Positions 19,648 through 29,056 of a stretch of 32,954 nt of DNA are shown one piece after another. Origin of the DNA: Stramenopiles sp. TOSAG23-3 (Eukaryota); the NCBI GenBank assembly GCA_900128585.1, contig LT642211.1:1-32954 (forward strand). Reading direction: 5' to 3'. The notes beneath the pieces were generated by a model, which saw only the letters and a list, made by a program, of their open reading frames with translations, was not told where the DNA came from and ran no database searches. The first letter of the stretch is position 1. Each line of letters opens with the position of its first letter. The position numbers were made by a program, and so were the translations under genes.

Positions 19648-20718
19648 ATGGAAAAGTTGGCACTTTTTTTGGCGTTTGCGCTTATAGCAGCCGTTGCGGT
19701 TGCAGAAAGTCAAAAGGAAGGCGCGCTCGTAGATTCGAAACCGGGGAGCAAAAAAGCGTCCACCGTTTCCAGTGCCGAAGGAGGGTTTAAGTTCAACCGG
19801 GCCCCCAAGCACAGTTTCGAAACGATGAGGTTTCGGTCGGGAGCAGGGGCGCGCAAAGGAGGAGTCCTTGGGAAGGTAGCATGTCACTTGACCGGACTAG
19901 GCTGCGGCAGCCGCTCGCAGAAAAGGAGCATAAGGGCGATGAGGCGCAAAGTTAGCGACATGAAGTGCATCATGTGCGTATACATGATGGAGCGAATGGA
20001 CAGAGACTTGCAATCGTCCCCGCAACAAATGATGCAGGGCCCGGCGGTTGGGTACGGCTCTGCCGAGGAGACGGTAATCCCTGGGCCTGTCGGATACACT
20101 GTGGGAGACCGCCCCGACATAGGCCTGGGCAATCCGATCCCTGGACCAGGGTACGCAAGTGCAATGCTATTAGAAACAAAGGAGCGCATCGTCGGGGAAG
20201 GCGACGAGGCCGACAAGTTCACCTTTAGCAGGGTGGAGGGGGAAGATCCCATCGGCTCCATGCGCTTTGCCAGCCAAAGGACGAGCAAAGGTGGTTTTAT
20301 GAAAACCATCAAGAAAGCCGTAAAGGGAGTAAAGAATTTTCTGGGCTTTGGAAAAAAGAAGACGAGAGTCATTCGGAAGCCGAAAAAACCACGCTGTCCC
20401 CCAGGGATGCCTTACTGCCGACAACCCTTGAACGTGCTAGGAAAAAACGCATGGGACCGAATAAAGAAGAGAGACTACAAGAACAATGAAATGAAGGAGA
20501 CCATGGAAGCCATGGCAACATCGTTGAATAATATGATTTTAGATTTCCCCCCATCGTACCAGATGTTTCCAATGAACCTGGCGAAGAAGCACGTCGGTCA
20601 GATCGCAGCGGAGTACATGCACGACTACACCAACAACGAAATATGCGTAGATATAAAATGGTGTGATACGAGCCAGGTCGGATCCAACCCATCTCCCGTC
20701 TACAACTTTCGCCTCTAA
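19648..20718 (+). CDS. Secreted protein with an interrupted saposin-like (SAPLIP) Cys pattern
   Basis: Signal peptide MEKLALFLAFALIAAVAVA. Helix KCIMCVYMMERM and C-terminal HVGQIAAEYMHDYTNNEICVDIKWC resemble the first and last saposin-B helices. Confidence 0.72.
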   Translation: MEKLALFLAFALIAAVAVAESQKEGALVDSKPGSKKASTVSSAEGGFKFNRAPKHSFETMRFRSGAGARKGGVLGKVACHLTGLGCGSRSQKRSIRAMRRKVSDMKCIMCVYMMERMDRDLQSSPQQMMQGPAVGYGSAEETVIPGPVGYTVGDRPDIGLGNPIPGPGYASAMLLETKERIVGEGDEADKFTFSRVEGEDPIGSMRFASQRTSKGGFMKTIKKAVKGVKNFLGFGKKKTRVIRKPKKPRCPPGMPYCRQPLNVLGKNAWDRIKKRDYKNNEMKETMEAMATSLNNMILDFPPSYQMFPMNLAKKHVGQIAAEYMHDYTNNEICVDIKWCDTSQVGSNPSPVYNFRL

Positions 20719-21011
20719 CAAAGCGCGCCTGTTTGTTTTACCCGCTGAAATTTGGGATCACATTATAAAATCTTAAGATTCTTTTTTAATAAAATTAATT
20801 TTAGAAATTAAAAGCAAAGTAATTGGCCAACAAAAACGCCTTAAATTTGACCGGATAAAAACCTCTAGAAAAATACCATATGGTTTGTTTGTTGATCCCC
20901 CTTTTTATTCTAAAATCCTCTCAAACGCAACAAAGAGCGCGACAAAGAAAAAGAGCTCTTGACGAAAAGTTGAGTTGATGAGGACAACGTTTGATCTTTC
21001 CGAATTCAATC

Positions 21012-21680
21012 TTATCGTCCTGGAAGCTTTGCGACGCTTGGCGTGTGGGGCATGTCGGGCAAACCCAGGGCCTTTGGAATACTCTCCCCGTCTGGAATTT
21101 GAACAATTTTAGGAAACCATGGGTTTGCGACGATTGGTCTATACCTTACCCCGACATTTGGGGGCATGTAACAGTCCCCTTCCAAAAGACAGTTTGTACA
21201 ATCTTGCGTGTTGAACACGTACCCCGCCCCTGATCCCGATGGCGAGCTCTTCGAGTAGTCCAATCGGTCAAACAGGTAGGCAATCTGCATGCATTGGTGA
21301 TTGCAAATGGTCCCTAAATAAATTTGACAGTTTTTGAAGAAAGTGCGTGCGTTTGCAACTTTCTCCCCAAAATTTTCCAGCAAGACCCCACAAATTTCTT
21401 CCTCTCCCATCGACTGCATGGACTTCGTACCTCTACCAAGTATTATCTTGTTGCTGTTGAAGCAGCTGGCAGTCGGGTCAGTCGGTCTATCTAGATCTTT
21501 CCCAGCAGGAACACCAGCCATTTCTAGCCCTTGGCTGTTCATTTTCACGGGGACGTACTCACTTTGGCCTTGTACGCGAAGTAGCGTTTTCCCCCCCACA
21601 ACGCGACCATGAATGAAAGAGCACGAAAGACAGACGACAATGGCAACGAAAAGGACATTCCAACGACAGTTCAATAACAT
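21012..21680 (-). CDS. Secreted Cys-rich hypothetical protein
   Basis: 222 aa, ATG start, signal-like WNVLFVAIVVCLSCSFIHG, eight Cys in the mature region, Pro-rich C-terminus. Confidence 0.78.
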   Translation of the reverse strand: MLLNCRWNVLFVAIVVCLSCSFIHGRVVGGKTLLRVQGQSEYVPVKMNSQGLEMAGVPAGKDLDRPTDPTASCFNSNKIILGRGTKSMQSMGEEEICGVLLENFGEKVANARTFFKNCQIYLGTICNHQCMQIAYLFDRLDYSKSSPSGSGAGYVFNTQDCTNCLLEGDCYMPPNVGVRYRPIVANPWFPKIVQIPDGESIPKALGLPDMPHTPSVAKLPGR

Positions 21681-21945
21681 ATTTTTTAAATAATGAAAAT
21701 AACTTTTTTCTTTTACACTTTTCCTAGCACGAGGAACATCACGATATAAATTAATTAATTCATGGTCATACGTATAGATATAAACAGTCTACATAATTTA
21801 TTGCAAATTCTTCTCATCGCATTTTTTCATTCACCAATTATAATTATAATAAAAATATGTGTTGTTGTATTTTTTATGAGAGAGGAGAGATGAGGAGATG
21901 TGTTGTGAGTTGTGATATAATAATAAAGTACAAAAGAGTTTCTTT

Positions 21946-22052
21946 ACGGGAAGTTAGTCGGCGCTCTGTGGGTGTATTTTTGTGCCTTGAAACAAATTAC
22001 ATATAAATAGCATCACATCACTTCTCCAATCAATTTTCGGATGATCTAATAA
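21946..22052 (+). repeat. Dispersed structured element, copy 2 (degenerate 3' half)
   Basis: The first ~47 nt are nearly identical to 13255-13301. The 3' part retains AATAGCATCAC, CACTTC, TTTCGGAT and CTAATAA with indels. Confidence 0.82.
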
Positions 22053-22919
22053 TACATTAAATAATAATAAATAAAATGTGAAAATGAAAAGGAAAAAGAA
22101 AAAGAAAAAGAAAAAAGAAGAGAAGGAAGGAGAGGATGAACTGATGAACTTGAACTGGCTCTTGTTTTTTTTTGGTCTTTTCAGCAGATCATATATTTTT
22201 TAATTTTAAGTAAATCCACTGAAGGAAATAATATACAGGATGATAAGGAAGAAAAACAGAGGCCGGGTGGTGTGTTGCTGCTATTAATTAAAAAGAGAAA
22301 AATTCTCAATCAGCAGCTCTTCTTTCTCTCTTCTGCGAAATGAATGAAAATGCTCCGCTCAAAAAAACAAACAAAATTTTAACGATCGATTGCCATCTGT
22401 CATCCACTCGGTATAATTAATTATAATAATTATTATAATTATAATAGAAAGACTAGTTGTTTTTAAAAAGGAAATATGAATGAAAGGTATTTTTATTTAC
22501 ACAAGAACGAGAGCATTGTATAATGTAACATATCAAGAAGAAGAATTAAAATTAAAAAATTATTTATTTAATAAATCATCTATCAGATTACTATTATATA
22601 CTACCGTACCGTACTAGCAATACCGATAAAAAAAAAAAAAGTCCGTCTCCCCCCGCCGCCCCCTCCTCCTATTATTATAATAAAATACTACCTCCTCCAC
22701 CGACGACCAAAACAACAAAACAAAATAAATAAAAGACAGTAGTTCTTGACCGCACTTCCTAGTCTCCGGCCGGGGAAATGGAGTCGTATGTTTTGATTCC
22801 ATAGAATGGCGAGCGAGAAAGTAAAAGCACGTCCGGTGGTGTTGCAAAAACGAACCAACAAATCCAACGTCTGATAGTTACTTGTTCTTGGTACTTTAAG
22901 GCAAATTACGGCACCACCC

Positions 22920-24437
22920 ATGTCATGCCCCCCGAGTGCGTTGACAAAAAGTGTTGCGGCTCCCGCTCGTGCCCACGATTCGTTTGCAAAGCCGGCAGTG
23001 ATGGGTGGGATAAACCGGGTCATGTGTGAGTTTTTCAGGGCGGCTGTGGACTTCAGACCAGAGCCGCGCAATGTAACGCACGAACAAGAACTCATAATTG
23101 TTGCAGAACATCATATATCAAATGCAGTCTCCGTTGGGAGCAAAGATTTATATTGTGTGATTGTGGATAAAGCGTTGCTGGCGGAGCAAGGCAACGGCAA
23201 CCTGGAGGACCCCCGAGTCTTTCGACACCCAAATTCTATCGAGCGATACGGAAATGTTGAGCAGCCCCACTTATCCACATTTTCGCGAGCCTCGGTTGTA
23301 TTGAAGAATTTGATGGCCGTACACCGTGGAAGCAAGGATAGCTGCGATTTTGACCTATACAATGTCCATGGATCAATTGATACAATACGGCTCCGTGCTT
23401 TAAATTTTGCGGTTGTGAACGGTCAGTTGACAACTAACACCCGCAACCAGTACTCGCGTTACTCTGTGTGGTATTTTGAGATACTGAAGACTGCGACCCC
23501 AGATGCGCTTGGAAGGTTCGGGTACGCCGACCAAATGTACCTGGCGATGGAAGGAATTAAAGTTGCGGCAAAGACGTGTGGGGAATCGTTTCTGGAAAAA
23601 TGCAGTGTAGAAATGGGCGCGGACCGTACATTGACGGTAAAAATACAAATCTTTTTGGTAGCACTGGACACGTTCAATGTAATTTCATCGATGCCCAATC
23701 GCTTAGAAGGACTGGATACCGAAAAGATACATAGTATTTTCCGAACTGATTTTTGCGATAAGAAAATTTTGATAGAACACACAAAGTCAGAGAAATGGTT
23801 TTCGACGGGGGGGCGCATGGGCAGCGGCATCGTGTGTAATGCCCCCAGTGGGTCGAGTGGGGCAAACTTGTGCATGGGAACGTCGTTGCCTTTTGAAGAG
23901 AACAGTAAGCTTATTAAATGCCAGCTGTATCCGCACCGCCATGATTTTAGTGGAAACCGGTTGACCTCTGGGGACCACATTTTACTCGGACTCTGCACGC
24001 GTCCGCGCATCACTCTGTGCCCGTACTGTGGTTTTGGAAGCATGGGGGAATTGGCAACACATAACATATTCGAAACAATGCTTCGGCGTGAAATTTGTAG
24101 CCAAAGCACCTTCAAAATAATTGAGACTAAAGGTACAGTTTTGCTGGAAGGGCACATGTCGACATGTCCCCATAAGGATAGCAATAGGGCCCAACCCCCG
24201 AACAGGACTAAAGGGAAATCGTTTTATTGTTTTAGCTGCCACAAACGTTTCCAGACGAAGCTTCGTTGGAAGAATCATTGTTCGAAACGGCTTTGCGTGG
24301 TTGGCATGGTTCGTGGGTTGCTGCGTGGGCCCCGGGACATCAAAAGGAAGCACGAGGAGATTGACAGACCAGGGAATGTACCCAGTGAGCTACGCGTATC
24401 GAAATGGGGGGGTAGGTTATCAGCGTCTCTGGAGTAG
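22920..24437 (+). CDS. Hypothetical protein with C-terminal Cys/His zinc-finger-like motifs
   Basis: 505 aa ORF from ATG with CPYCG and FYCFSCHKRFQTKLRWKNH....C (C2H2/C2HC-like spacing). Family not recognised. Confidence 0.72.
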   Translation: MSCPPSALTKSVAAPARAHDSFAKPAVMGGINRVMCEFFRAAVDFRPEPRNVTHEQELIIVAEHHISNAVSVGSKDLYCVIVDKALLAEQGNGNLEDPRVFRHPNSIERYGNVEQPHLSTFSRASVVLKNLMAVHRGSKDSCDFDLYNVHGSIDTIRLRALNFAVVNGQLTTNTRNQYSRYSVWYFEILKTATPDALGRFGYADQMYLAMEGIKVAAKTCGESFLEKCSVEMGADRTLTVKIQIFLVALDTFNVISSMPNRLEGLDTEKIHSIFRTDFCDKKILIEHTKSEKWFSTGGRMGSGIVCNAPSGSSGANLCMGTSLPFEENSKLIKCQLYPHRHDFSGNRLTSGDHILLGLCTRPRITLCPYCGFGSMGELATHNIFETMLRREICSQSTFKIIETKGTVLLEGHMSTCPHKDSNRAQPPNRTKGKSFYCFSCHKRFQTKLRWKNHCSKRLCVVGMVRGLLRGPRDIKRKHEEIDRPGNVPSELRVSKWGGRLSASLE

Positions 24438-24688
24438 CGGAGGTAGCTGGAGAATCCATTTCCACATCATTCCCGGAGTTCAAACAGTGGCTAAATTGTT
24501 TTGGTCTTATTCTTAAAATTAAAGCAAAAGGAGCAGATTCACTTTCGCGGTAATTATGACTGGTAAATTTTAATAATTACACTTATTCTTATACTTCGTA
24601 AATACTAGCAATTTTTTTCGTTTTTAGTTTTCACATACGTTCTTTAAATATATTTAAAATATGATTTAGTTCAAAAATTTTATCTTTC

Positions 24689-27493
24689 TTACGCTGCAAT
24701 CCTGTTTCGCCTAATGTTAGATCTTCTGCGGCCGCCTGAGACTGTTTTCGGCACCCCAAGGTCTACGAACGACACATCGTCCTCCTCGTCCTCCTTTTCT
24801 AATTCTGCCTCTTCCTTTTTCTCCTCGGAGTCGGCGGCCGCTGCTTGGACGGTAACACTTCTGGACCTGGAACTACTACGTGACGATGCTCTTGGCGCAA
24901 TAATATAATTGTCGTCGTCATCGTCATCATCCAAGCCAGCGGGCCCAGACGGCCCAGACTCTCCTCCAGGCCCTGGGGAAGTAGGGCGGCTCGGGGTGCC
25001 GGTAACGATATCTACATGTTTTGTTCCAGCTGGGGTGGTGGTGTCCACGTCAGGATCATCAGTTGTAACACTTCTGGACCTGGATCTACTACGTGACGAT
25101 GCTCTTGACGGAATAATATAATCGTCCTCGTCATCCTCCGAATCAGCGAGCCCAGACGGCCCAGACTCTCCTCCAGGCCCTGGGGAAGTAGGGCGGCTCG
25201 GGAAGTAGGTAACGATATCTATATGTTTTGTTCCAGCTGGGGTGGTGGTGTCCTCGTTAGGATCATTAATTGGTTCTGCAGTTGGAGCAGGGGTTGTGGG
25301 AGCAGTTGGGGGTGTAGTAGTATCGTCAGGCATGTCCGTTGTCGTGGCATGCGGGGGTTGTGTCGGCTCATCCTCCAAACAGTTTCCACCCTCATGACCA
25401 TTCCATTTATTCAACCACTTGCGAAAACAGGTAGGGACATCCCCGTGCAGCCTAGTGACGAGAAGGTACTTTCGCCATTCCTGTGTAATATCACTTTTCC
25501 GGACCCTCCAATAAATTTCTTTCTCGAGTGTGTCCTCAATTCCACTGCGATCAACGCCCTTATTCAGCTCCTCCGTAGTTTTTGGTGTCGCCCATGGCCG
25601 CTTGGTGGTGGTATTACCATCGGTAGCACCATCATCTTTCCCGTTAGGGTTAAACATCCTTTTGAGGTTCAAACCATGCTTGATTACCCCCATCGGGTTA
25701 ATTATCGGAAACGGTATAGGGCTGGGAACCAATCCAATAGTTCCTCCTTTATTGTCGCACTTGCCGGAAAAACTTGCCCACTGGGGCATTGTACCTCCTG
25801 ACTTTCTAGCGTCTCGCCTTGACGCCTTGTATTTGTGCATGCAAGGAGACTGCAAATGGTCGTAATTCTTCTCCCATCTCTCCGCGGGCCAGCATGCATT
25901 TTTTCCATCCTTGCATTCTTTATCGTACTTTGCTTGTGCCTTCTCCTTCTTCTCTTGGCGTTCTTTATCCACCCCTTTTGGCATCATACTGGCGGGTGAG
26001 GAGCCGAATTTTGGTATTTTAAACGACCCACCCTTTTTGCACATGGTTGCAGCGTCGCTTAGTTGCGACATGTCACCTTTGAATGAGTCAGTATAGCCGA
26101 CGTTGAACGATTCAAAAAATGGCTTGCTTTTATCCCGGTCCACCTTGACGACCTGGTCAATGCCACTGTTAATCATCACTTCCGCAAAGATGCCCGCCAT
26201 CGCAAATGAGTTTTCAATCATATTGGTTTTACACCCTTTATCACAGGATTGGTTGTACATTTTCTTTGCGTCCACACATACGGCATATCCCTTTTTCCCA
26301 AAATAGTAGCCAGAGGACAACAAACCCATTAACATGCCAGAGTACTTTGCAAGGATCGGCATACTCTGCATTGCTCCAGAAATCATACCGCCGGAACCGG
26401 TTTTCGCGATGGCCCCATTAGCCGCATCGATGCCTTTGTTGGCGACATTTTTCGCCGCGTCTACAGCTGCCGTGGCAGCATTTTTTCCTGCTTCGACCAT
26501 CGCTTTCCCATTCTCTCCCAAGGCATGCGCTCCTTTCGCGGCTAATGACACAGCAGCGCCCCCCGCAGCCATGAGCGCAGTATACAACAGCTGCTGAATG
26601 AATGTGGCCATCAAGGTCAACAGCATTTGTGCTAAAAACTTTGCCCCCGGACAGCCCCAAACGTAGAGACCCGCTGCCCTCGCAAACAATACTAGGGATC
26701 TCCCAAAAATTTTCATAGCGTCAAACGCCTCACTTCGGCCCTGTGGGCTGAACACCGCTTTGTGCAACCGTGTCAAGTTGCCGTAAACACCTTTGAAGCT
26801 GTGACCAATAGCTTGCATTTTAGATTTGAGGTCACTTACCGTGTCTGGGTCAGAGCACTTTGGGTCTTCAAACATTTTTCTGAGCTCAGAAGCCATCCCC
26901 GCATAATAACCATCAACAAACCCAAAAATGGCCGCACCCATTCCCCCAGTAATGGAGAGGGATTTGTCAACAGCTTCTTGATCGTTTAATGCCTTACTAC
27001 CAGGAGAGTTCAACACCAACGAGTGTGTATTCGCTTTCTCCAATAGCATAGTGATATGGTCGCGACGTTGGTTCAACTCACTCCTCGACAGTATTGCGCC
27101 AGCAGGAATCGCGTCTAAATTGTCCAAATCTTCGGCAATCGGGCTGTTCTTGTATCGGTATTGCTCGTGAAGACTTTTGTGAATTCCAATGATCTCTATG
27201 GTTCCCATGGCTTCGACTGACATGCCTTGAACCGCGCTAGCTTCTAGAAAACTATCATGCGCCGCATAGCGGCTTTCCGCTTCTACCACCTTCCCCTCCC
27301 GTTTTCTCAAACGGGCGTGTTTATTCTTGTGGTGGTGGTGGTGGCGGTGGTGGTTCGTATGCTTTGTTGATTCGCCCAACCGGTGCCGCATATGTATCGA
27401 TTCACGAATTTTCTCCGCGGCCGTGATCCCTTCATGGCTGAGAAGCAGAACCAGGTAGAACACGGCCAACTGGACGACCGACGCTTGCCTCAT
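24689..27493 (-). CDS. Secreted hypothetical protein with His-rich N-terminal region, hydrophobic/Ala-Gly helical core and low-complexity duplicated tail
   Basis: 934 aa with signal peptide MRQASVVQLAVFYLVLLLSHEG, HTNHHRHHHHHKNKH, SFLE at 27253-27242 and hydrophobic FLAQMLLTLMATFIQQLLYTALMAAGG. Confidence 0.85.
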   Translation of the reverse strand: MRQASVVQLAVFYLVLLLSHEGITAAEKIRESIHMRHRLGESTKHTNHHRHHHHHKNKHARLRKREGKVVEAESRYAAHDSFLEASAVQGMSVEAMGTIEIIGIHKSLHEQYRYKNSPIAEDLDNLDAIPAGAILSRSELNQRRDHITMLLEKANTHSLVLNSPGSKALNDQEAVDKSLSITGGMGAAIFGFVDGYYAGMASELRKMFEDPKCSDPDTVSDLKSKMQAIGHSFKGVYGNLTRLHKAVFSPQGRSEAFDAMKIFGRSLVLFARAAGLYVWGCPGAKFLAQMLLTLMATFIQQLLYTALMAAGGAAVSLAAKGAHALGENGKAMVEAGKNAATAAVDAAKNVANKGIDAANGAIAKTGSGGMISGAMQSMPILAKYSGMLMGLLSSGYYFGKKGYAVCVDAKKMYNQSCDKGCKTNMIENSFAMAGIFAEVMINSGIDQVVKVDRDKSKPFFESFNVGYTDSFKGDMSQLSDAATMCKKGGSFKIPKFGSSPASMMPKGVDKERQEKKEKAQAKYDKECKDGKNACWPAERWEKNYDHLQSPCMHKYKASRRDARKSGGTMPQWASFSGKCDNKGGTIGLVPSPIPFPIINPMGVIKHGLNLKRMFNPNGKDDGATDGNTTTKRPWATPKTTEELNKGVDRSGIEDTLEKEIYWRVRKSDITQEWRKYLLVTRLHGDVPTCFRKWLNKWNGHEGGNCLEDEPTQPPHATTTDMPDDTTTPPTAPTTPAPTAEPINDPNEDTTTPAGTKHIDIVTYFPSRPTSPGPGGESGPSGLADSEDDEDDYIIPSRASSRSRSRSRSVTTDDPDVDTTTPAGTKHVDIVTGTPSRPTSPGPGGESGPSGPAGLDDDDDDDNYIIAPRASSRSSSRSRSVTVQAAAADSEEKKEEAELEKEDEEDDVSFVDLGVPKTVSGGRRRSNIRRNRIAA
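24852..25266 (-). repeat. Coding tandem duplication, two copies of about 210 bp
   Basis: TTTPAGTKH(I/V)DIVT..PSRPTSPGPGGESGPSG...YII..RASSRS.SRSRSVT occurs twice; GTAACACTTCTGGACCTGGA is at 24852 and 25065. Confidence 0.93.
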
Positions 27494-29056
27494 TGTACGC
27501 TTAGCTCCTCACGCCAAAACCAAAACAAAGCAAGGAGCGGGGTTGATGCAGCAATAAACTGTGATCTGTGTTAGACCTTCGCAATCTCTTCCACGACTGA
27601 ACACTTTCACGCTCTTTGGAAAGATCACCCCTTACTTGAGATGTCAACCTCACGGGCGGCATCTACGCAATCGCTTGCCAACCATTTCAAAGGAGGAGCA
27701 TTCTTCGGTCTTACTTCTTCGTATTATAATAGTAGCTATAGTAATTGTAGTAAATTTATATAACAATAATGTCACAGCCTAGCCTAGCCATTGCCTAGCC
27801 TTGCCTAGCCTGCACCTTGTTCTTCTATCGATAGGAAGGAGCATCGATTATCGGCGTAGCTAATATATATATTACCACTAACTATAACTACACAGCATTA
27901 CCATTGGCATAAACACACCTACCTACCTACCTCCTGCAATCTCTTTCTCTCACAGCTCACAGCACACAGCTCACAGCACACAGCTACCTACCTACCTACT
28001 TAATAGAATAGAATGAATGGCAATATAATACAAACCTACTTAATATAATAATAGAATGGCAAATGTATTTTATAATACAAATAATCTCCAATAATACTCC
28101 TCCATCCCCGCCCCCCCCCCCCCCCCCCTTTTTTTTTTTTTTTTTTTGACTTTGACTTTTGTCGTTTTCTTCTTTAGAAGTTTAATTCAACAATCCTAAA
28201 ATCCGTAAAATCCGTTATTATACGAACTATTTATTAAACTATCGATGTTATACTTGTATTATATATCAAAGTACAAGTAGAAGAATGATACAAAACATTT
28301 ATAATTTAAATAATGTACACACAGTATAATACCTTGTACTACTACTCCAACTCCTCTGAAGTAGAAACAAAATTGGATCGTGTTAAAAGAAGGCACCATA
28401 CTGGACTGACAGTCAGAGAGAGAACAAAAAAAGGGGGAAGGAAGACTTGCTTGCTGAATTACCAATTGGTAGAACGCCTAGCTGTGATGGATGTGTCAAA
28501 GATAAACCTCTTATTATGTATATATATATAATACAAAAATCTTTACTCCGTGTTGTCGTTTGCAATGCCTATATTATATTTTATATTTATATTTGTTTTT
28601 AATAAACACACTTCTATTCTGGGTCTCTTCTCTTCGTCTCAAGACGATACAGACTATTTATTTTAAATAATAATAATTATATGCAACAATACAGTGAACG
28701 AGTTGAGCTGACCGACCTCTGCTGGTTGGTTTTAATAGGTTGGTAGGTAGGTATAATATAGGTAATCTAATCCCTTTGATCACTTTTTTAGGAGAATTTA
28801 GATTATTTTATACAATACTGTGCCTTGTATTATATCGAATGAACTGGTTCGTTCTTTCTTGCCTTGTTATTGTTTATAATACGGAGAAAAAAGGAAAGGG
28901 GGGGCATTTAATAGCCACATGTGTGCGCGTTTAGAACAAACAGTTGCTCTAGCTGCGACCGGCATTTATTTAACTATCAACGCAAAAGTTGGCGGCTTGA
29001 TGCAAGCAATACACTCGTATCCAATAGAACGAAGTCGCGTATTCACATCGAACAGC

